Assembly: GCA_964291675.2 (NCBI GenBank)
Contig: OZ219866.1
Location: 992,001-1,056,000 of the forward strand
Reading direction: 5' to 3'
Source of the DNA: Alphaproteobacteria bacterium
Lineage (GTDB): Bacteria > Pseudomonadota > Alphaproteobacteria > MPNO01
Length of the DNA: 64,000 nucleotides
In this document: in pieces, positions 49,932 through 62,711 of the stretch
How the letters are laid out: each line of letters begins with the position of its first letter
Position numbering within the stretch: the stretch's first letter is position 1
Translations under genes and position numbers: made by a program
The notes under the pieces: generated by a model
Seen by the model: the letters and a program-made list of their open reading frames with translations, nothing else
What the model was told of the DNA's origin: nothing
The model's database searches: none

Positions 49932-50441
49932 TTGAACGCAGAGACGGGAATACAGATCCGATGCCAGGGCTGGACCGAGGCCCTCGACGACGCGCCGGCG
50001 CTGTGCCGGCGGGCGGTCGACGAGGCGTGGCGGGTCGCGGCCTCGGGTGGCGGGGACAGCTCCGCGGAGATCGGCATCGCGCTCGCCGACGATGCGGAGG
50101 CCGCGCGGCTCAACGCGCGCTACCGCGGTCTCGACCGGCCCACGGACGTGCTGTCCTTCGCCAGCGGAGAGGAGCCGCGCGGCAACCGCCGCCCCGGCGA
50201 CCCTCCGGCGATGCTGGGCGATATCGTCGTCGCCTACGAGACCAGCGCCCGCGATGCCGCGCGCGCCAACAAGCCGCTCGCCAACCACCTCCAGCATCTG
50301 GTGGTGCACGGCCTGCTGCATCTGCTGGGCTATGATCACGAGACCGACGACGACGCAAGGCGCATGGAAGCGATGGAGGTGGAGATATTGAGGCGGCTCG
50401 GCGTGGGCGATCCCTATGGCAGCGGCGCCGCCTTTCCGTGA
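49932..50441 (+). CDS. ybeY: rRNA maturation endoribonuclease YbeY
   Basis: 'LN..YRG.D.PTDVLSF', 'LGDIV', 'HGLLHLLGYDH'. Confidence 0.96.
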   Translation: MNAETGIQIRCQGWTEALDDAPALCRRAVDEAWRVAASGGGDSSAEIGIALADDAEAARLNARYRGLDRPTDVLSFASGEEPRGNRRPGDPPAMLGDIVVAYETSARDAARANKPLANHLQHLVVHGLLHLLGYDHETDDDARRMEAMEVEILRRLGVGDPYGSGAAFP

Positions 50442-50445
50442 AACG

Positions 50446-51351
50446 ATGACCGATCCATCCGAGCCTAGGAAGCCCCGTGGAAACGGGGCCAATGCGGACC
50501 GGCCGACACAGAATCGCAGGCTTCGGCCCTGGCTGAAGCGTCTGTTCGGCCATCGAAACGGCGGCGAGTCCCTGCGCGACACGATCGAGGAGCTGATCGA
50601 GCAGGAGAACACCGCCAACAGCGAGGCGGGCGAGGAAATCGTCTTCCTGCGCAATGTCCTGCAGCTTCGCGACCTCGCCGCCAACGACGTGATGGTGCCG
50701 CGCGCCGACATCGTCGGCGTCGAGATCGACACCCCGCTCGACGAGCTGGTGTCGCTGATGGGCGGCTCGGCCCATTCCCGGATGCCGGTATATCGCGAGA
50801 CCCTCGACGACGCCGTGGGCATGGTGCACGTCAAGGACGTCGTGGCCTGGCGCGGCAGCGCCGAGACCTTCACCATCGGCAAGATCATGCGCCGGATCCT
50901 GTTCGTGGCGCCGTCGATGCCGATCCTCGAGCTGCTGCTCCAGATGCGCGTCAGCCGCACCCATATGGCGCTGGTGGTCGACGAGTTCGGCGGCACCGAC
51001 GGGCTGGTCACCATCGAGGATCTCGTCGAGGAGATCGTCGGCGAGATCCAGGACGAGCACGATGCCGAAATCGCCCCGATGATGGCCGACCGGACGGACG
51101 GATCGATCGAAGCCGACGCCCGGGTGGCGATCGCGGAGTTCGAGTCCAAGATCGGCGCGGCGCTGACGCTCGCCGAGCCGCAGGCCGACATCGATACGCT
51201 CGGCGGGCTGGTGTTCACCCTGGCCGGGCGCGTCCCCTCGCGCGGCGAGGTGATCCGCCACCCCTCCGGCGCGGAATTCGAGGTTCTCGACGCGGATCCG
51301 CGGCGCATCAAGCGGCTCAGGGTATGCCCGCCGCCCGCGTCGACCGCTTGA
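50446..51351 (+). CDS. corC: CBS + CorC/HlyC domain protein
   Basis: 'DVMVPRADI', 'HSRMPVYR..LD', 'VVDEFGGTDGLVTIEDLVEEIVGEI.DEHD', 'DADPRRI'. Confidence 0.85.
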   Translation: MTDPSEPRKPRGNGANADRPTQNRRLRPWLKRLFGHRNGGESLRDTIEELIEQENTANSEAGEEIVFLRNVLQLRDLAANDVMVPRADIVGVEIDTPLDELVSLMGGSAHSRMPVYRETLDDAVGMVHVKDVVAWRGSAETFTIGKIMRRILFVAPSMPILELLLQMRVSRTHMALVVDEFGGTDGLVTIEDLVEEIVGEIQDEHDAEIAPMMADRTDGSIEADARVAIAEFESKIGAALTLAEPQADIDTLGGLVFTLAGRVPSRGEVIRHPSGAEFEVLDADPRRIKRLRVCPPPASTA

Positions 51352-52925
51352 CGGAGACCGGCTCGCTGCGCCCCCATCGCCTCGCCCGCCTGGCCGCGGC
51401 GCTGGCTTCGCTGACCGGCTGGCGGCGCTGGCTGGCCGCCTGGCTTCTGGGCCTCGGTTCCGTGCTCGCCTTCCCCCCGGTCGGGTGGTGGCCCGCGCTA
51501 TTCGTCGCGCTTCCCGCGCTGGTCTGGCAGATCGACGGCACCGCCACCCGGCGGGCGGCGTTCGCCGTCGGCTGGTGGTTCGGCCTCGGTCATTTCATGG
51601 CCGGCACCTACTGGATCTCCAACTCCCTGCTGGTCGAGGCGGATCGCTTCGCCTGGCTGATCCCGCCGACGCTGGTCGGCGTCTCCGCCTATCTCGCGGT
51701 CTATCCCGCGCTCGCCTGCGGTCTCGCCCGCTGGATGCGCCCCGGCTGGCCGCGCGTCGCCGCGCTCGCGGTCGCCTGGACCGCGATGGAGATGCTGCGC
51801 GGCGTGGCTTTCACCGGCTTTCCGTGGAACCCGGCGGGCTCGATCTGGACCGCTTCCCCGGCGATGATCCAGCCGGCCGCGGCGGTCGGGGTGTACGGCC
51901 TCGGCCTGCTGACGGTCGCGCTCGCCGCGGCGCCCGCGCTGCTTGCCGCCGGCCGCCGGGAAGCGGTCGCCGCGGCGTTCGGGGTGCCGCTCGTGCTCGC
52001 CCTGGTGTGGGGGGCGGGGAGCATGCGCCTGGAGCGGGCGGAGACCGGATTCCATCCCGGCGTCGCGATCGGCATCGTCCAGCCCAACCTGCCCCAGCAC
52101 GAGAAGGTTCGGGCGGCTTTCAGGCGACGCCATTTCGCCTCGCATCTGGCGATGACCCGGGCCGAGGCGGAACGCGGCACGACCCATTTCGTCTGGCCGG
52201 AAACCGCGATCGGGTTCGCGCTCTCCCGCGTGCCCGGCGCCGCCGAGGCGGTCGCCCGGGCGCTGCCCCGCGACGGTCTGGTGATCGCCGGCGCGCTGCG
52301 CGCCGGCCCGCGCGGGGAGCGGCCGGTGCGCATCTGGAACAGCCTGGTGGCGATCGACGGCGCGGCGCGGCGCGTCGCGGTCTATGACAAGGCCCGGCTG
52401 GTCCCGTTCGGAGAATACGTCCCGCTGCGCTCGATCCTCGCGTTCACCCAGGTAACCGGCGGGCGAATCGACTTCAGCCGGGGCCCCGGGCGACGCACCC
52501 TCGCGGTGCCGGGATTGCCGCCCTTCAGCCCGCTGATCTGCTACGAGATGATCTTTTCCGGCCGGGTGGTCGATCCCGACAGACGGCCCGAATGGCTGCT
52601 CAACGTCACCAACGACGGCTGGTTCGGCGACAGCGCCGGTCCCCACCAGCACTTCGCGGCGGCGCGAATGCGGGCCGTCGAGGAAGGGCTGCCGGTGGTG
52701 CGGGCGGCGAACTCGGGCATCTCGGCGGCGATCGATCCCTATGGCCGGGTAGTCCAGCGGCTCGGTCTCGGGAAACGCGCCGTGCTCCGGGTCGCGCTGC
52801 CGACCGCGCTGTCGGAGCCCACCCCGTTCGCGCGGTTCGGCCATGCGCCGCTGTTGGCGGTCCTCGCCTTCGCCGGCGCGGGGCTCGCGATGCACGGGCG
52901 GTGGGCGCGGCCCGACCGCGCCTAG
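51348..52925 (+). CDS. lnt: Apolipoprotein N-acyltransferase
   Basis: 'TGFPWN', 'VQPN', 'WPET', 'YDK..LVPFGEY.P', 'ICYE', 'TNDGWFG', 'RAANSGIS'. Confidence 0.96.
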   Translation: MTETGSLRPHRLARLAAALASLTGWRRWLAAWLLGLGSVLAFPPVGWWPALFVALPALVWQIDGTATRRAAFAVGWWFGLGHFMAGTYWISNSLLVEADRFAWLIPPTLVGVSAYLAVYPALACGLARWMRPGWPRVAALAVAWTAMEMLRGVAFTGFPWNPAGSIWTASPAMIQPAAAVGVYGLGLLTVALAAAPALLAAGRREAVAAAFGVPLVLALVWGAGSMRLERAETGFHPGVAIGIVQPNLPQHEKVRAAFRRRHFASHLAMTRAEAERGTTHFVWPETAIGFALSRVPGAAEAVARALPRDGLVIAGALRAGPRGERPVRIWNSLVAIDGAARRVAVYDKARLVPFGEYVPLRSILAFTQVTGGRIDFSRGPGRRTLAVPGLPPFSPLICYEMIFSGRVVDPDRRPEWLLNVTNDGWFGDSAGPHQHFAAARMRAVEEGLPVVRAANSGISAAIDPYGRVVQRLGLGKRAVLRVALPTALSEPTPFARFGHAPLLAVLAFAGAGLAMHGRWARPDRA

Positions 52926-53162
52926 CCCGCGCGCGTGGGTTGCGGCGGCACTGCGAGAATTCTCCATGCTCAACATGGACTCGTGTTTGCAATTTTAGTA
53001 TAGAACCTTCCGGTCCCCCCGCTGGCTGCCTGAACTTTTGGGGTAGCCTTGCGGCGGAAAAGTGACGATCCAAGTGTAGTTTCCAGGCATTATAGGGAAT
53101 ATGTCGTTGTCCCTAGGTTCGCGTAGTTGCGGACTCTCAGTGACTATAATCGGATTTCAGAA

Positions 53163-53648
53163 ATGGCGGATTTTCCACGGGGCGCCACGGTGCCTCCGGC
53201 GCGGGGGCGCCGCGGCCGGTCGAATTCGATCGATGTCCATGTCGGCAGCAGGGTGCGGATGAGACGCACGTTGCTGGGGCTGAGCCAGGAAAAGCTGGGC
53301 GAGGCGCTCGGCCTCACCTTCCAGCAGGTGCAGAAATACGAACGCGGCGCCAACCGAATCAGCGCCAGCCGTCTGTTCCAGATCGGCCGCGTGCTCGACG
53401 TCCCGATCTCGTTCTTCTACGACGAGATGCCGGACGAGGTACTCCGGGATGCGCAGGGGGTCATGCGGCCCGGCGGCGCCGAACCGGCGGACCAGTTCGA
53501 GCACGACCCGCTCGCCAAGCGCGAAACCCTGGAGCTGGTGCGCGCGTATTACCGCATCTCCGACCCGCGCGTTCGAAGGCGGATCTTCGAGCTCGTCAAG
53601 GCGGTCGCCCGGATCGAGAGCGACGACGACGCCGCGCTGGACAGCTGA
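53163..53648 (+). CDS. XRE/HipB-family HTH regulator (PhrR/PraR-like)
   Basis: 'IDVHVGSRVRMRR...GLSQEKLGEALGLTFQQVQKYERGANRI.ASRL'. Conserved lnt-XRE-metK position. Confidence 0.9.
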   Translation: MADFPRGATVPPARGRRGRSNSIDVHVGSRVRMRRTLLGLSQEKLGEALGLTFQQVQKYERGANRISASRLFQIGRVLDVPISFFYDEMPDEVLRDAQGVMRPGGAEPADQFEHDPLAKRETLELVRAYYRISDPRVRRRIFELVKAVARIESDDDAALDS

Positions 53649-53732
53649 CCTCCCGCGGCCGGTTGACGCCGCGTGGCCGCCCCTGCGACAACCTAGCCGG
53701 CCAGGCGACGCAACAGGGCAAGGGGCAGGCGC

Positions 53733-54896
53733 GTGCGAAGACAGGACTTTGTGTTCACCAGCGAATCCGTGTCCGAAGGGCATCCCGACAAGGTGAGCGA
53801 CCGGATCTCCGATGCCGTGGTCGATGCCTATCTGTCCGCCGATCCCGACTCCCGGGTGGCGTGCGAGACGCTGACCACCACCAACCGGATCGTCATCGCC
53901 GGCGAGGTCCGCGGCCCGGTCGACCCGCAGGCCATGGAGGGCGTGGCGCGCGAGGCGGTGCGCGACATCGGCTATGAGCAGGACGGGTTCCACTGGGAGA
54001 ATGCGGAGGTCGCGGTCTATCTGCACGCCCAGTCGACCGACATAGCCCAGGGCGTCGATGCCTCCGGCAACAAGGACCAGGGCGCCGGCGACCAGGGCAT
54101 CATGTTCGGCTTCGCCTGCGACGAGACGCCGTCGCTGATGCCCGCGCCGATCCACTACGCGCACGCCATCCTGCGATCAATCGCCGAGGCCAGGCATGCC
54201 GGCGGGGTGGACGGCTTCGGCCCGGACTCGAAGAGCCAGATCTCGCTGCTCTACCAGGACGGGCGCCCGGTCCGGGCGACCTCGGTCGTGGTGTCCACGC
54301 AGCACGATCCCGGCCTCGACCAGGACGCGGTGCGCGAGCTCGTCCGCCCGCATGTCCTCGACGTATTGCCGGACAGCTGGATGTGTCCGGAAGAGGAGTT
54401 TTATGTCAATCCGACGGGCCGCTTCGTGATCGGCGGGCCGGACGGCGATTGCGGGCTCACCGGCCGCAAGATCGTCGTCGACACCTATGGCGGCGCCGCG
54501 CCGCATGGCGGCGGCGCGTTCTCCGGCAAGGACCCCAGCAAGGTCGACCGTTCCGCCGCCTACGCCGCGCGCTACGTGGCAAAGAACGTGGTCGCCGCGG
54601 GGCTCGCTTCGCGCTGCACCATCCAGGTCTCCTACGCCATCGGCGTCGCCAAGCCGCTTTCGGTCTATGTCGACACGGAAGGGACGGCGACGGTCGCCGA
54701 GGAACGGGTCGCCGGCGCGATCCAGGAAGTCGTGGATCTGTCGCCGCGCGGCATCCGCGACCGGCTCCGGCTGTTGCGGCCGATCTACGCCCGCACCGCG
54801 GCCTACGGCCATTTCGGGCGCGACCCGGAGCCCGATGGCGGCTTCTCCTGGGAGAAGCTCGATCTCCTCGACGACCTGAGGAGCGCCTTGACCTAG
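53733..54896 (+). CDS. metK: S-adenosylmethionine synthetase
   Basis: '[13 protein letters not shown]', 'GAGDQG', '[13 protein letters not shown]', 'GGGAFSGKD'. Confidence 0.98.
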   Translation: MRRQDFVFTSESVSEGHPDKVSDRISDAVVDAYLSADPDSRVACETLTTTNRIVIAGEVRGPVDPQAMEGVAREAVRDIGYEQDGFHWENAEVAVYLHAQSTDIAQGVDASGNKDQGAGDQGIMFGFACDETPSLMPAPIHYAHAILRSIAEARHAGGVDGFGPDSKSQISLLYQDGRPVRATSVVVSTQHDPGLDQDAVRELVRPHVLDVLPDSWMCPEEEFYVNPTGRFVIGGPDGDCGLTGRKIVVDTYGGAAPHGGGAFSGKDPSKVDRSAAYAARYVAKNVVAAGLASRCTIQVSYAIGVAKPLSVYVDTEGTATVAEERVAGAIQEVVDLSPRGIRDRLRLLRPIYARTAAYGHFGRDPEPDGGFSWEKLDLLDDLRSALT

Positions 54897-54909
54897 ATTC
54901 GTTCCGGCG

Positions 54910-55617
54910 GTGGAAGAATCGAGGCGCATCCTCTACGGGCGGCGGCGCGGGCGAAAGCTGCGCGGCGGCCAGCAGGCCCTGCTCGACGACATCGTGCCGG
55001 GGCTGGAAATCCCGCCCGGCCCGACGTCGCATCCGGTCGATCCGGCGGCGCTGTTCGACCGCCCGGTGCGCGAGGTCTGGCTGGAGGTCGGCTTCGGCGC
55101 CGGCGAGCACCTGCTGGCCCAGGCGGCGGCCAACCGCGATGTCGGGCTGATCGGCTGCGAGCCCTATGTGACCGGCGTGGTGCGCATGGTACGCGGTCTC
55201 CGCGAAGCCCGGCTCGACAACATCCGCCTCTGGCGCGACGATGCCAGGCTGCTTGTCGACCGCCTCGCCGACGGTTCGCTTGCCCGGGTGTTCGTGCTGT
55301 TCCCCGATCCCTGGCCGAAGCGCCGCCATCACAAGCGGAGGTTCGTCTCCGCCCCGGTGCTCGAACGTCTCGCCGCGGTCATGCGGGACGACGCCGAGCT
55401 CCGCCTGGCGACCGACGACGCGGGCTATCTGGTCTGGATCCTCGCCCATCTGTGGCGTTCGCAGAGCTTCGCCTGGACCGCCAGGGCGCCGTCCGACTGG
55501 CGCCGCCGGCCGTCCGACTGGCCGGCCACGCGCTATGAGCTCAAGGCGTTGCAGCAGGGCCGGAGCTGCACCTACCTGCGCTATCGACGGCGCCCGCGCG
55601 GGGCAAAACCCCCTTGA
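54910..55617 (+). CDS. trmB: tRNA (guanine-N7)-methyltransferase
   Basis: 'LEVGFGAGEH', 'IGCEP', 'FPDPWPK.RH.KRR', 'ATD', 'TRYE.KA'. Confidence 0.96.
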   Translation: MEESRRILYGRRRGRKLRGGQQALLDDIVPGLEIPPGPTSHPVDPAALFDRPVREVWLEVGFGAGEHLLAQAAANRDVGLIGCEPYVTGVVRMVRGLREARLDNIRLWRDDARLLVDRLADGSLARVFVLFPDPWPKRRHHKRRFVSAPVLERLAAVMRDDAELRLATDDAGYLVWILAHLWRSQSFAWTARAPSDWRRRPSDWPATRYELKALQQGRSCTYLRYRRRPRGAKPP

Positions 55618-55642
55618 AACCCGGCGCGCGAGGCCGTATCTT
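55614..55642 (+). promoter_or_regulatory. Putative sigma70 promoter of the rimP-nusA-infB operon
   Basis: TTGAAA (55614-55619), 17 nt, TATCTT (55637-55642). Confidence 0.55.
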
Positions 55643-55676
55643 CCGGGCGGCTGGAAAAATTGCGTGGCACAACAAG

Positions 55677-55704
55677 AAAGTGGGCTCGCCGCCCGCTTTT
55701 TTTT
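55677..55704 (+). terminator. rimP leader hairpin with U-tract (attenuator-like)
   Basis: AAAGTGGGC-TCGCC-GCCCGCTTT; 3' arm runs into T8 (55697-55704), upstream of the rimP RBS. Confidence 0.7.
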
Positions 55705-55737
55705 GTCGTTGCCGCCGCGCGGAAGGTTTGCATCGCA

Positions 55738-56229
55738 TTGGAAGCGATCGGCGAGGTCGAAAGGATCGTGGGGCCGCCCATCGAGGGGCTGGGCTACGAC
55801 CTCGTTCGGGTCCGCGTGACCGGCGCGGCGACGCCGACTTTGCAGATCATGGCCGAGCGCAAGGACCGGCGCGAGATGAGCGTCGACGACTGCGCCGAAA
55901 TCTCCCGCCTGGTCTCCGCGCTGCTCGATGTCGAGGACCCGATCGCCGGGTCGTACACGCTGGAGGTCTCTTCGCCCGGTCTCGACCGGCCGCTGGTCCG
56001 CGCCGAAGACTACGAACGGTTCGCCGGTTGCGAGGTGCGCATCGAGACGCGCCGGGCGCTCCAGGGGCGCAAGCGTTTCCGCGGCCTCCTGGTCGGCCGG
56101 CGCGGCCCGGACGTGGTGGTCGCCGACGGGCAGGTCGAGCACGTCATCCCTTTCGGCGAGGTATTGCGGGGCAAGCTGATGCTGACCGACGCGGCGATCG
56201 CCGAGGCAATGAAAGGACGGGGTAGGTAG
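55738..56229 (+). CDS. rimP: Ribosome maturation factor RimP
   Basis: GGAAGG RBS then TTG 55738; 'LQIMAER', 'DDCA.ISR..SALLDVEDPI...Y.LEVSSPG.DRPL', 'GRKRFRG'. Confidence 0.93.
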   Translation: MEAIGEVERIVGPPIEGLGYDLVRVRVTGAATPTLQIMAERKDRREMSVDDCAEISRLVSALLDVEDPIAGSYTLEVSSPGLDRPLVRAEDYERFAGCEVRIETRRALQGRKRFRGLLVGRRGPDVVVADGQVEHVIPFGEVLRGKLMLTDAAIAEAMKGRGR

Positions 56230-56234
56230 TCACC

Positions 56235-57845
<1,611 letters not shown>

Positions 57846-57869
57846 TCCCGCCGCGACGGAGACGCCGCC

Positions 57870-58472
57870 TTGACCGCGCAGCGCCACCCGCCAGAACCCG
57901 CCGGCAACACGAGGCGTTGCCTGGTGAGCCGCGAGTGCCAGCCGCGGGAGCGGATGCTGCGCTTCGTGGTCGGCCCGGATCGCGAGATCGTGCCCGATAT
58001 CGCTTGCCGCCTGCCGGGACGCGGATTGTGGCTGCAATCGCGCCGGGATATAGTCGACCGCGCCGCGGCGACCAACGCCTTCGCCAGAGCGTCCCGGTGC
58101 CACGTGACGGTGCCGGACGCGCTCGCCGATCAGGTCGAGCGCCTGCTGGCGGCGCGCTGTATCGACCTTATCGGGTTCGCGCGGCGCGCCGGCAGCGCGC
58201 TGACCGGTTTCGAGGCGGCGAGGCGCGCGCTGCAGCGGGGAGGAGCGGCGCTCCTCCTGGTGGCCGCCGACGGGTCCATGCGCCAGCGGAGCCGCTTGCC
58301 GCTGGCGCGTGTGCGTGACCGCGTGGTCGACGTGCTGCTTTCGTCCGAACTCGGCGGCGCGTTCGGCCGCGACGCGGTGACATACGCGGTGCTGGGCCAG
58401 GACCGTCTCGCCGGACGGGTCTGGACCGACGCCGGGAGGCTGGCTGGATTTCGCACGGCGCAGAAGAGTTGA
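57870..58472 (+). CDS. ylxR: YlxR (DUF448) RNA-binding protein with C-terminal L7Ae-like domain
   Basis: 'RRCLVSR', 'MLRFVVGPD', 'LPGRG.W', 'G.ARRAG....GFE', 'ELG.AFGR'. Lies between nusA and infB. Confidence 0.85.
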   Translation: MTAQRHPPEPAGNTRRCLVSRECQPRERMLRFVVGPDREIVPDIACRLPGRGLWLQSRRDIVDRAAATNAFARASRCHVTVPDALADQVERLLAARCIDLIGFARRAGSALTGFEAARRALQRGGAALLLVAADGSMRQRSRLPLARVRDRVVDVLLSSELGGAFGRDAVTYAVLGQDRLAGRVWTDAGRLAGFRTAQKS

Positions 58473-58477
58473 ACGAT

Positions 58478-61075
58478 ATGAGCGAGCAGAAAGAGACGGA
58501 ACCGGCGAAGAAGAGGCTCAGCCTGTCACGGCCCGGCCGGCTCGAACTGAAGAAGACGGTCGACGCCGGACAGGTCCGCCAGAGCTTCTCGCACGGCCGC
58601 ACCAAGGCCGTCGCGGTCGAGGTGCGCCGCAAGCGGACATTCGCTCAATCCGCCGACGGCGGGATGACGGAGGTCAAGTCCGTCCCGGCCGAGCGGGAGC
58701 CGGTGACGGCGGAGGCGGTTGCCCAACCCGAGGCCGCCGCCGCTGGCGTTGCGCCCGTCGAGGAGGGGCAGCGCGGCCAGCCGCGCGAGCTGACCGAGCA
58801 GGAGAAAGCCGCGCGTGCCCGCGCGCTCGTCGGGCTCAAGCAGGCGGAGACCGAGCGGCAGGCGGCGGAGGAGGCGCGCCGGGCGCTCGAAAGAGCGGCC
58901 GAGGAAGAGCGCCGGCAGAGGGAGCAGGAGCGGGCCGCGCGCGAGCGCGCCGAGGCCGAGGCGCGCGCCCTCGAAGCGGAGCGCGCGGCGGAAGCGGAGG
59001 TTGAGGCGAAGGCCGCGGCCCAGGCCACCGCCCCGGCGAAGCCGGAGCCCGAGCCGCCCGCCCGACCGGCCGCCAAGGCGGCCGATACGCAGGCCGAGGA
59101 GGCCGAGACCGAACGGCCGCGCGGACGCAAGTCCGGCCGTCAGGACCAGCGGCGGCTTGCCCCCAAGCGGGGAGAGCCGCGCCGGCGCGGCGGCCGTCTG
59201 ACGATCGCGCAGGCGCTCGACGACGAGGAGCGCCAGCGCAGCCTGGCGTCGCTGCGCCGGCTCCGCGAGCGCGAGAAGCGCGCGCAGCGGCGCTCGGACG
59301 AGCCGATCGCCAAGGTCGTCCGCGACGTCGTGGTGCCCGAGACCATCACCGTGCAGGATTTGGCGAGCCGCATGGCGCAGCGCGCGCCGGATGTCATCAA
59401 GACGCTCATGGGCATGGGGATCATGGCCACCATCAACCAGTCTCTGGACGCCGACACGGCCGAGCTTGTGGTCGGCGAGTACGGCCACAAGGTGAAGCGT
59501 GTCAGCGACGCCGATGTCGAGATCGGCATCAGGGGCGAGGACGACACCGACACCGAGCTGGTGCCGCGGCCGCCGGTGGTCACGGTGATGGGTCACGTCG
59601 ATCACGGCAAGACGTCGCTGCTCGATGCGCTGCGCAAGTCCAACGTCGCCGCCGGAGAGGCCGGCGGCATCACGCAGCATATCGGCGCCTATCAGGTGAC
59701 CCTCCCCGGCGGCGATCAGAAGATCACCTTCATCGACACCCCGGGCCACGCCGCGTTCACAGCGATGCGGGCCCGCGGCGCCAACGTCACCGATATCGTG
59801 ATCCTGGTGGTCGCCGCCGATGACGGGGTGATGCCGCAGACCGTCGAGGCCATCGATCACGCGCGCGCCGCCGACGTGCCGATCATCGTCGCGATCAACA
59901 AGATCGACCGGCCCAACGCCGATCCCGCGCGGGTGCGCAACGAGTTGTTGCAGCACGAGCTGGTGGCCGAGGAGTTCGGCGGCGATGTGCTCTCGGTCGA
60001 CGTGTCGGCGGTCGAGGGCACCAATCTCGACAAGCTGCTGGAGACCGTGGTTCTCCAGGCCGAGGTGCTCGAGCTCAGGGCCAACCCCGACCGTTCCGCC
60101 GACGGCGTGGTGATCGAATCCAAGCTCGAGCGGGGCCGCGGCTCGGTGGCGACGCTGCTGGTCCAGCGCGGCACGCTCAGCACGGGGGACATCTTGGTCG
60201 CCGGCAGCGAGTGGGGCCGCGTGCGGGCGATCTTCGACGACGGCGGCGAGCAGACCGCTTCGGCCGGCCCTTCGGTGCCGGTGGAAATCCTCGGCCTCAA
60301 CGGAACGCCCGCGGCGGGCGACGAGTTCTCGGTGGTCGAGAACGAGATGCGGGCCCGCGAGATCACCGAATTCCGCGTCCGCCGCGAGCGCGATGCGCGC
60401 GCCGCGCGGGCCGCGCGCGGTAGCGTCGAACAGATGTTCTCCAATATCGGACGCGAGCAGAAGAAGGAGTTCGCGCTGGTCATCAAGGCCGACGTGCAGG
60501 GCTCGGTCGAGGCGATTCAGGCCAATGCGGAGAGCTTCTCCACCGACGAGGTCGGTGTGCGCGTGCTGCATGCCGGCGTCGGCGGGATCAACGAATCCGA
60601 CGTGACCCTGGCGTCGGCGTCCGACGCCGTGATCGTCGGGTTCAACGTCCGCGCCGGACCCCAGGGGCGCCAGCTCGCCGCCCAGGATCGCGTCGAGATC
60701 CGCTACTACTCGGTAATCTACGACGTGCTCGACGACATCAAGGCGGTGCTGACCGGCATGCTGGCGCCGATGGCGCGCGAGCATTTCCTCGGCAATGCCG
60801 AGATTCTGCAGGTGTTCAACATCTCGAAGCTCGGCCGCGTCGCCGGCTGCAGGGTTTCCGAGGGGCTCGTGCGGCGGGGCTCGCGGGTGCGGCTGCTGCG
60901 CGACAACGTGGTGGTCCACGAAGGCACGCTGTCGAGCCTCAGGCGGTTCAAGGACGAGGTGCGCGAGGTCCGCGAAGGGTTCGAATGCGGCATGGCGTTC
61001 GAGAACTATCAGGATCTCAAGGAACGCGACGTCATCGAGTGCTTCGACGTCGAGGAGGTCGCCCGGACGCTGTAA
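58478..61075 (+). CDS. infB: Translation initiation factor IF-2
   Basis: 'VRQSFSHGR', '[20 protein letters not shown]', '[13 protein letters not shown]', 'DTPGHAAF', 'KADVQGS'. Confidence 0.98.
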   Translation: MSEQKETEPAKKRLSLSRPGRLELKKTVDAGQVRQSFSHGRTKAVAVEVRRKRTFAQSADGGMTEVKSVPAEREPVTAEAVAQPEAAAAGVAPVEEGQRGQPRELTEQEKAARARALVGLKQAETERQAAEEARRALERAAEEERRQREQERAARERAEAEARALEAERAAEAEVEAKAAAQATAPAKPEPEPPARPAAKAADTQAEEAETERPRGRKSGRQDQRRLAPKRGEPRRRGGRLTIAQALDDEERQRSLASLRRLREREKRAQRRSDEPIAKVVRDVVVPETITVQDLASRMAQRAPDVIKTLMGMGIMATINQSLDADTAELVVGEYGHKVKRVSDADVEIGIRGEDDTDTELVPRPPVVTVMGHVDHGKTSLLDALRKSNVAAGEAGGITQHIGAYQVTLPGGDQKITFIDTPGHAAFTAMRARGANVTDIVILVVAADDGVMPQTVEAIDHARAADVPIIVAINKIDRPNADPARVRNELLQHELVAEEFGGDVLSVDVSAVEGTNLDKLLETVVLQAEVLELRANPDRSADGVVIESKLERGRGSVATLLVQRGTLSTGDILVAGSEWGRVRAIFDDGGEQTASAGPSVPVEILGLNGTPAAGDEFSVVENEMRAREITEFRVRRERDARAARAARGSVEQMFSNIGREQKKEFALVIKADVQGSVEAIQANAESFSTDEVGVRVLHAGVGGINESDVTLASASDAVIVGFNVRAGPQGRQLAAQDRVEIRYYSVIYDVLDDIKAVLTGMLAPMAREHFLGNAEILQVFNISKLGRVAGCRVSEGLVRRGSRVRLLRDNVVVHEGTLSSLRRFKDEVREVREGFECGMAFENYQDLKERDVIECFDVEEVARTL

Positions 61076-61113
61076 CACCGGCTCCGGGCGCCGCCCCGCA
61101 GCGGACGGGACCC

Positions 61114-61509
61114 ATGGCACGGCGCCGGCATTCGGCTCGCGGTCCATCGCAACGGCAGCTCCGGGTGGGCGAGGCCGTGCGCCACGCCCTCAGCCGCCTG
61201 TTCGAGCGCGGCGCGATCAGGGACCCGGAGCTCGCCGGCGTGCCGCTCACCATCTCCGAGGTGGCGATGAGCCCGGATCTCAGGGTGGCCACCGCCTACG
61301 TGCTGCCGCTTGGCGCCGGCGAGGCGGAGAGGGAGGCCGCGGTGGCGGCGCTCAACCGCATCGGGCCGGCGCTGCGGCGCATGCTGGCGCCGATGGTCTC
61401 GCTCAAGTTCCTGCCCGATCTCAGATTCGTCGCCGACACCCGCTTCGACCGGGCGGGACGGATCGAGGCGCTGCTGGATCGGGCCCGCGGCGCCGCCGAT
61501 GAGCCGTAG
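61114..61509 (+). CDS. rbfA: Ribosome-binding factor A
   Basis: 'SQRQLRVGE.VRHAL', 'EV.MSPDL..A', 'LKF.PDLRF..D'. Confidence 0.95.
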   Translation: MARRRHSARGPSQRQLRVGEAVRHALSRLFERGAIRDPELAGVPLTISEVAMSPDLRVATAYVLPLGAGEAEREAAVAALNRIGPALRRMLAPMVSLKFLPDLRFVADTRFDRAGRIEALLDRARGAADEP

Positions 61510-62428
61510 ACGCAAGGGCCGGCCGGTCCACGGCTGGATCGTTGTCGACAAGCCGAAGGGCATGTCGTCCGCCCACGCCGTCGCCCGGGTCCGCCGTATC
61601 GCCGGCGCGGCCAAGGCCGGCCATGGCGGCACGCTGGACCCGCTGGCAACCGGCGTCCTGCCGGTCGCGCTCGGCGAGGCGACCAAGACGGCGGCCTGGG
61701 CGATGGCCGGCGACAAGACCTACCGGTTCACCCTGCGCTGGGGCGAAAGCCGAGACACCGACGACCCCGAAGGCGCGGTGACCGGGACCAGCGAGGCGCG
61801 CCCCGCCGAGGCCCGGGTGCTGGCGGTACTGGATCGCTTCACCGGCGACATTCTCCAGCGCCCGCCGCGCTATTCCGCGCTCAAGCTGGACGGGCGGCGC
61901 TCCTACGACCTCGCCCGCGCGGCGGTCGATTTCGAGCTGCCGGAACGCGTTGTTGCCGTGCGGGCGCTGGTCCTGACCGGCATGCCGGATGCCGACCGCG
62001 CGGTCTTCGAAATGCGCTGCGGCAAGGGCACCTATGTACGCAGCCTCGCGCGCGACCTCGCGCTTGCGCTCGGCACCGTCGGCCATGCCGAGGAGATCCG
62101 CCGCCTCGCGGTCGGGCCCTTCGCGGAGGCGGACTCGATTCCGCTGGATAAACTCGAGAAGCTGGTGCATAGTGCGCCGGCGCAGGATTACCTGTTGCCG
62201 ATCGAGGCCGCGCTGGACGACATCCCGGCCGTGCCCGTATCGGAAACGCAGGCTTCCTTGCTGAGGCACGGCCAACCCGTCCGCATATCCGCTCGAGAGC
62301 GGTGCGTCATCGCGGCCGAACGTGTTGCCGAGGGCGGCACTGTGGTTGCGATGGGCGAGGGCGGTGCGGTCGCGCTCGCGCGCGTCGAGGACGGGGCAAT
62401 CCGCCCGACGCGGGTGATCAACCCGTAA
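61499..62428 (+). CDS. truB: tRNA pseudouridine(55) synthase
   Basis: 'DKPKG', '[16 protein letters not shown]', 'PP.YSALK..G', '[13 protein letters not shown]'. Confidence 0.97.
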   Translation: MSRRRKGRPVHGWIVVDKPKGMSSAHAVARVRRIAGAAKAGHGGTLDPLATGVLPVALGEATKTAAWAMAGDKTYRFTLRWGESRDTDDPEGAVTGTSEARPAEARVLAVLDRFTGDILQRPPRYSALKLDGRRSYDLARAAVDFELPERVVAVRALVLTGMPDADRAVFEMRCGKGTYVRSLARDLALALGTVGHAEEIRRLAVGPFAEADSIPLDKLEKLVHSAPAQDYLLPIEAALDDIPAVPVSETQASLLRHGQPVRISARERCVIAAERVAEGGTVVAMGEGGAVALARVEDGAIRPTRVINP

Positions 62429-62441
62429 CCTGGAGTCCATG

Positions 62442-62711
62442 ATGTCGATCACGTCCGCTCGCAAGGCCGAGCTCGTCAGCGAATACGGCACCGACCCGGC
62501 CGATACGGGCTCGCCCGAGGTACAGGTCGCGATCCTGTCCGAACGGATCCTCAACCTCACCGAACACCTCAAGGAACACAAGAAGGACTACCACTCGCGC
62601 CGCGGTCTGCTGATGATGGTGGGTCAAAGGCGCCGCCTGCTCGACTATCTCAAGCGCAAGGACCAGTCCCGCTACACCACGCTGATCGGGCGTCTGGGGC
62701 TGCGCCGCTAG
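62442..62711 (+). CDS. rpsO: 30S ribosomal protein S15
   Basis: '[12 protein letters not shown]', '[21 protein letters not shown]', 'LGLRR'. Confidence 0.98.
   Translation: MSITSARKAELVSEYGTDPADTGSPEVQVAILSERILNLTEHLKEHKKDYHSRRGLLMMVGQRRRLLDYLKRKDQSRYTTLIGRLGLRR

Noticed and set aside
53649-53732. Possible SAM riboswitch before metK
   Set aside because: No SAM-II or SAM-SAH consensus recognisable by eye.
58780-59120. Repetitive GAG/GCG/CGC-rich sequence in infB
   Set aside because: Normal Glu/Ala/Arg-rich IF-2 linker, not a DNA repeat or CRISPR.
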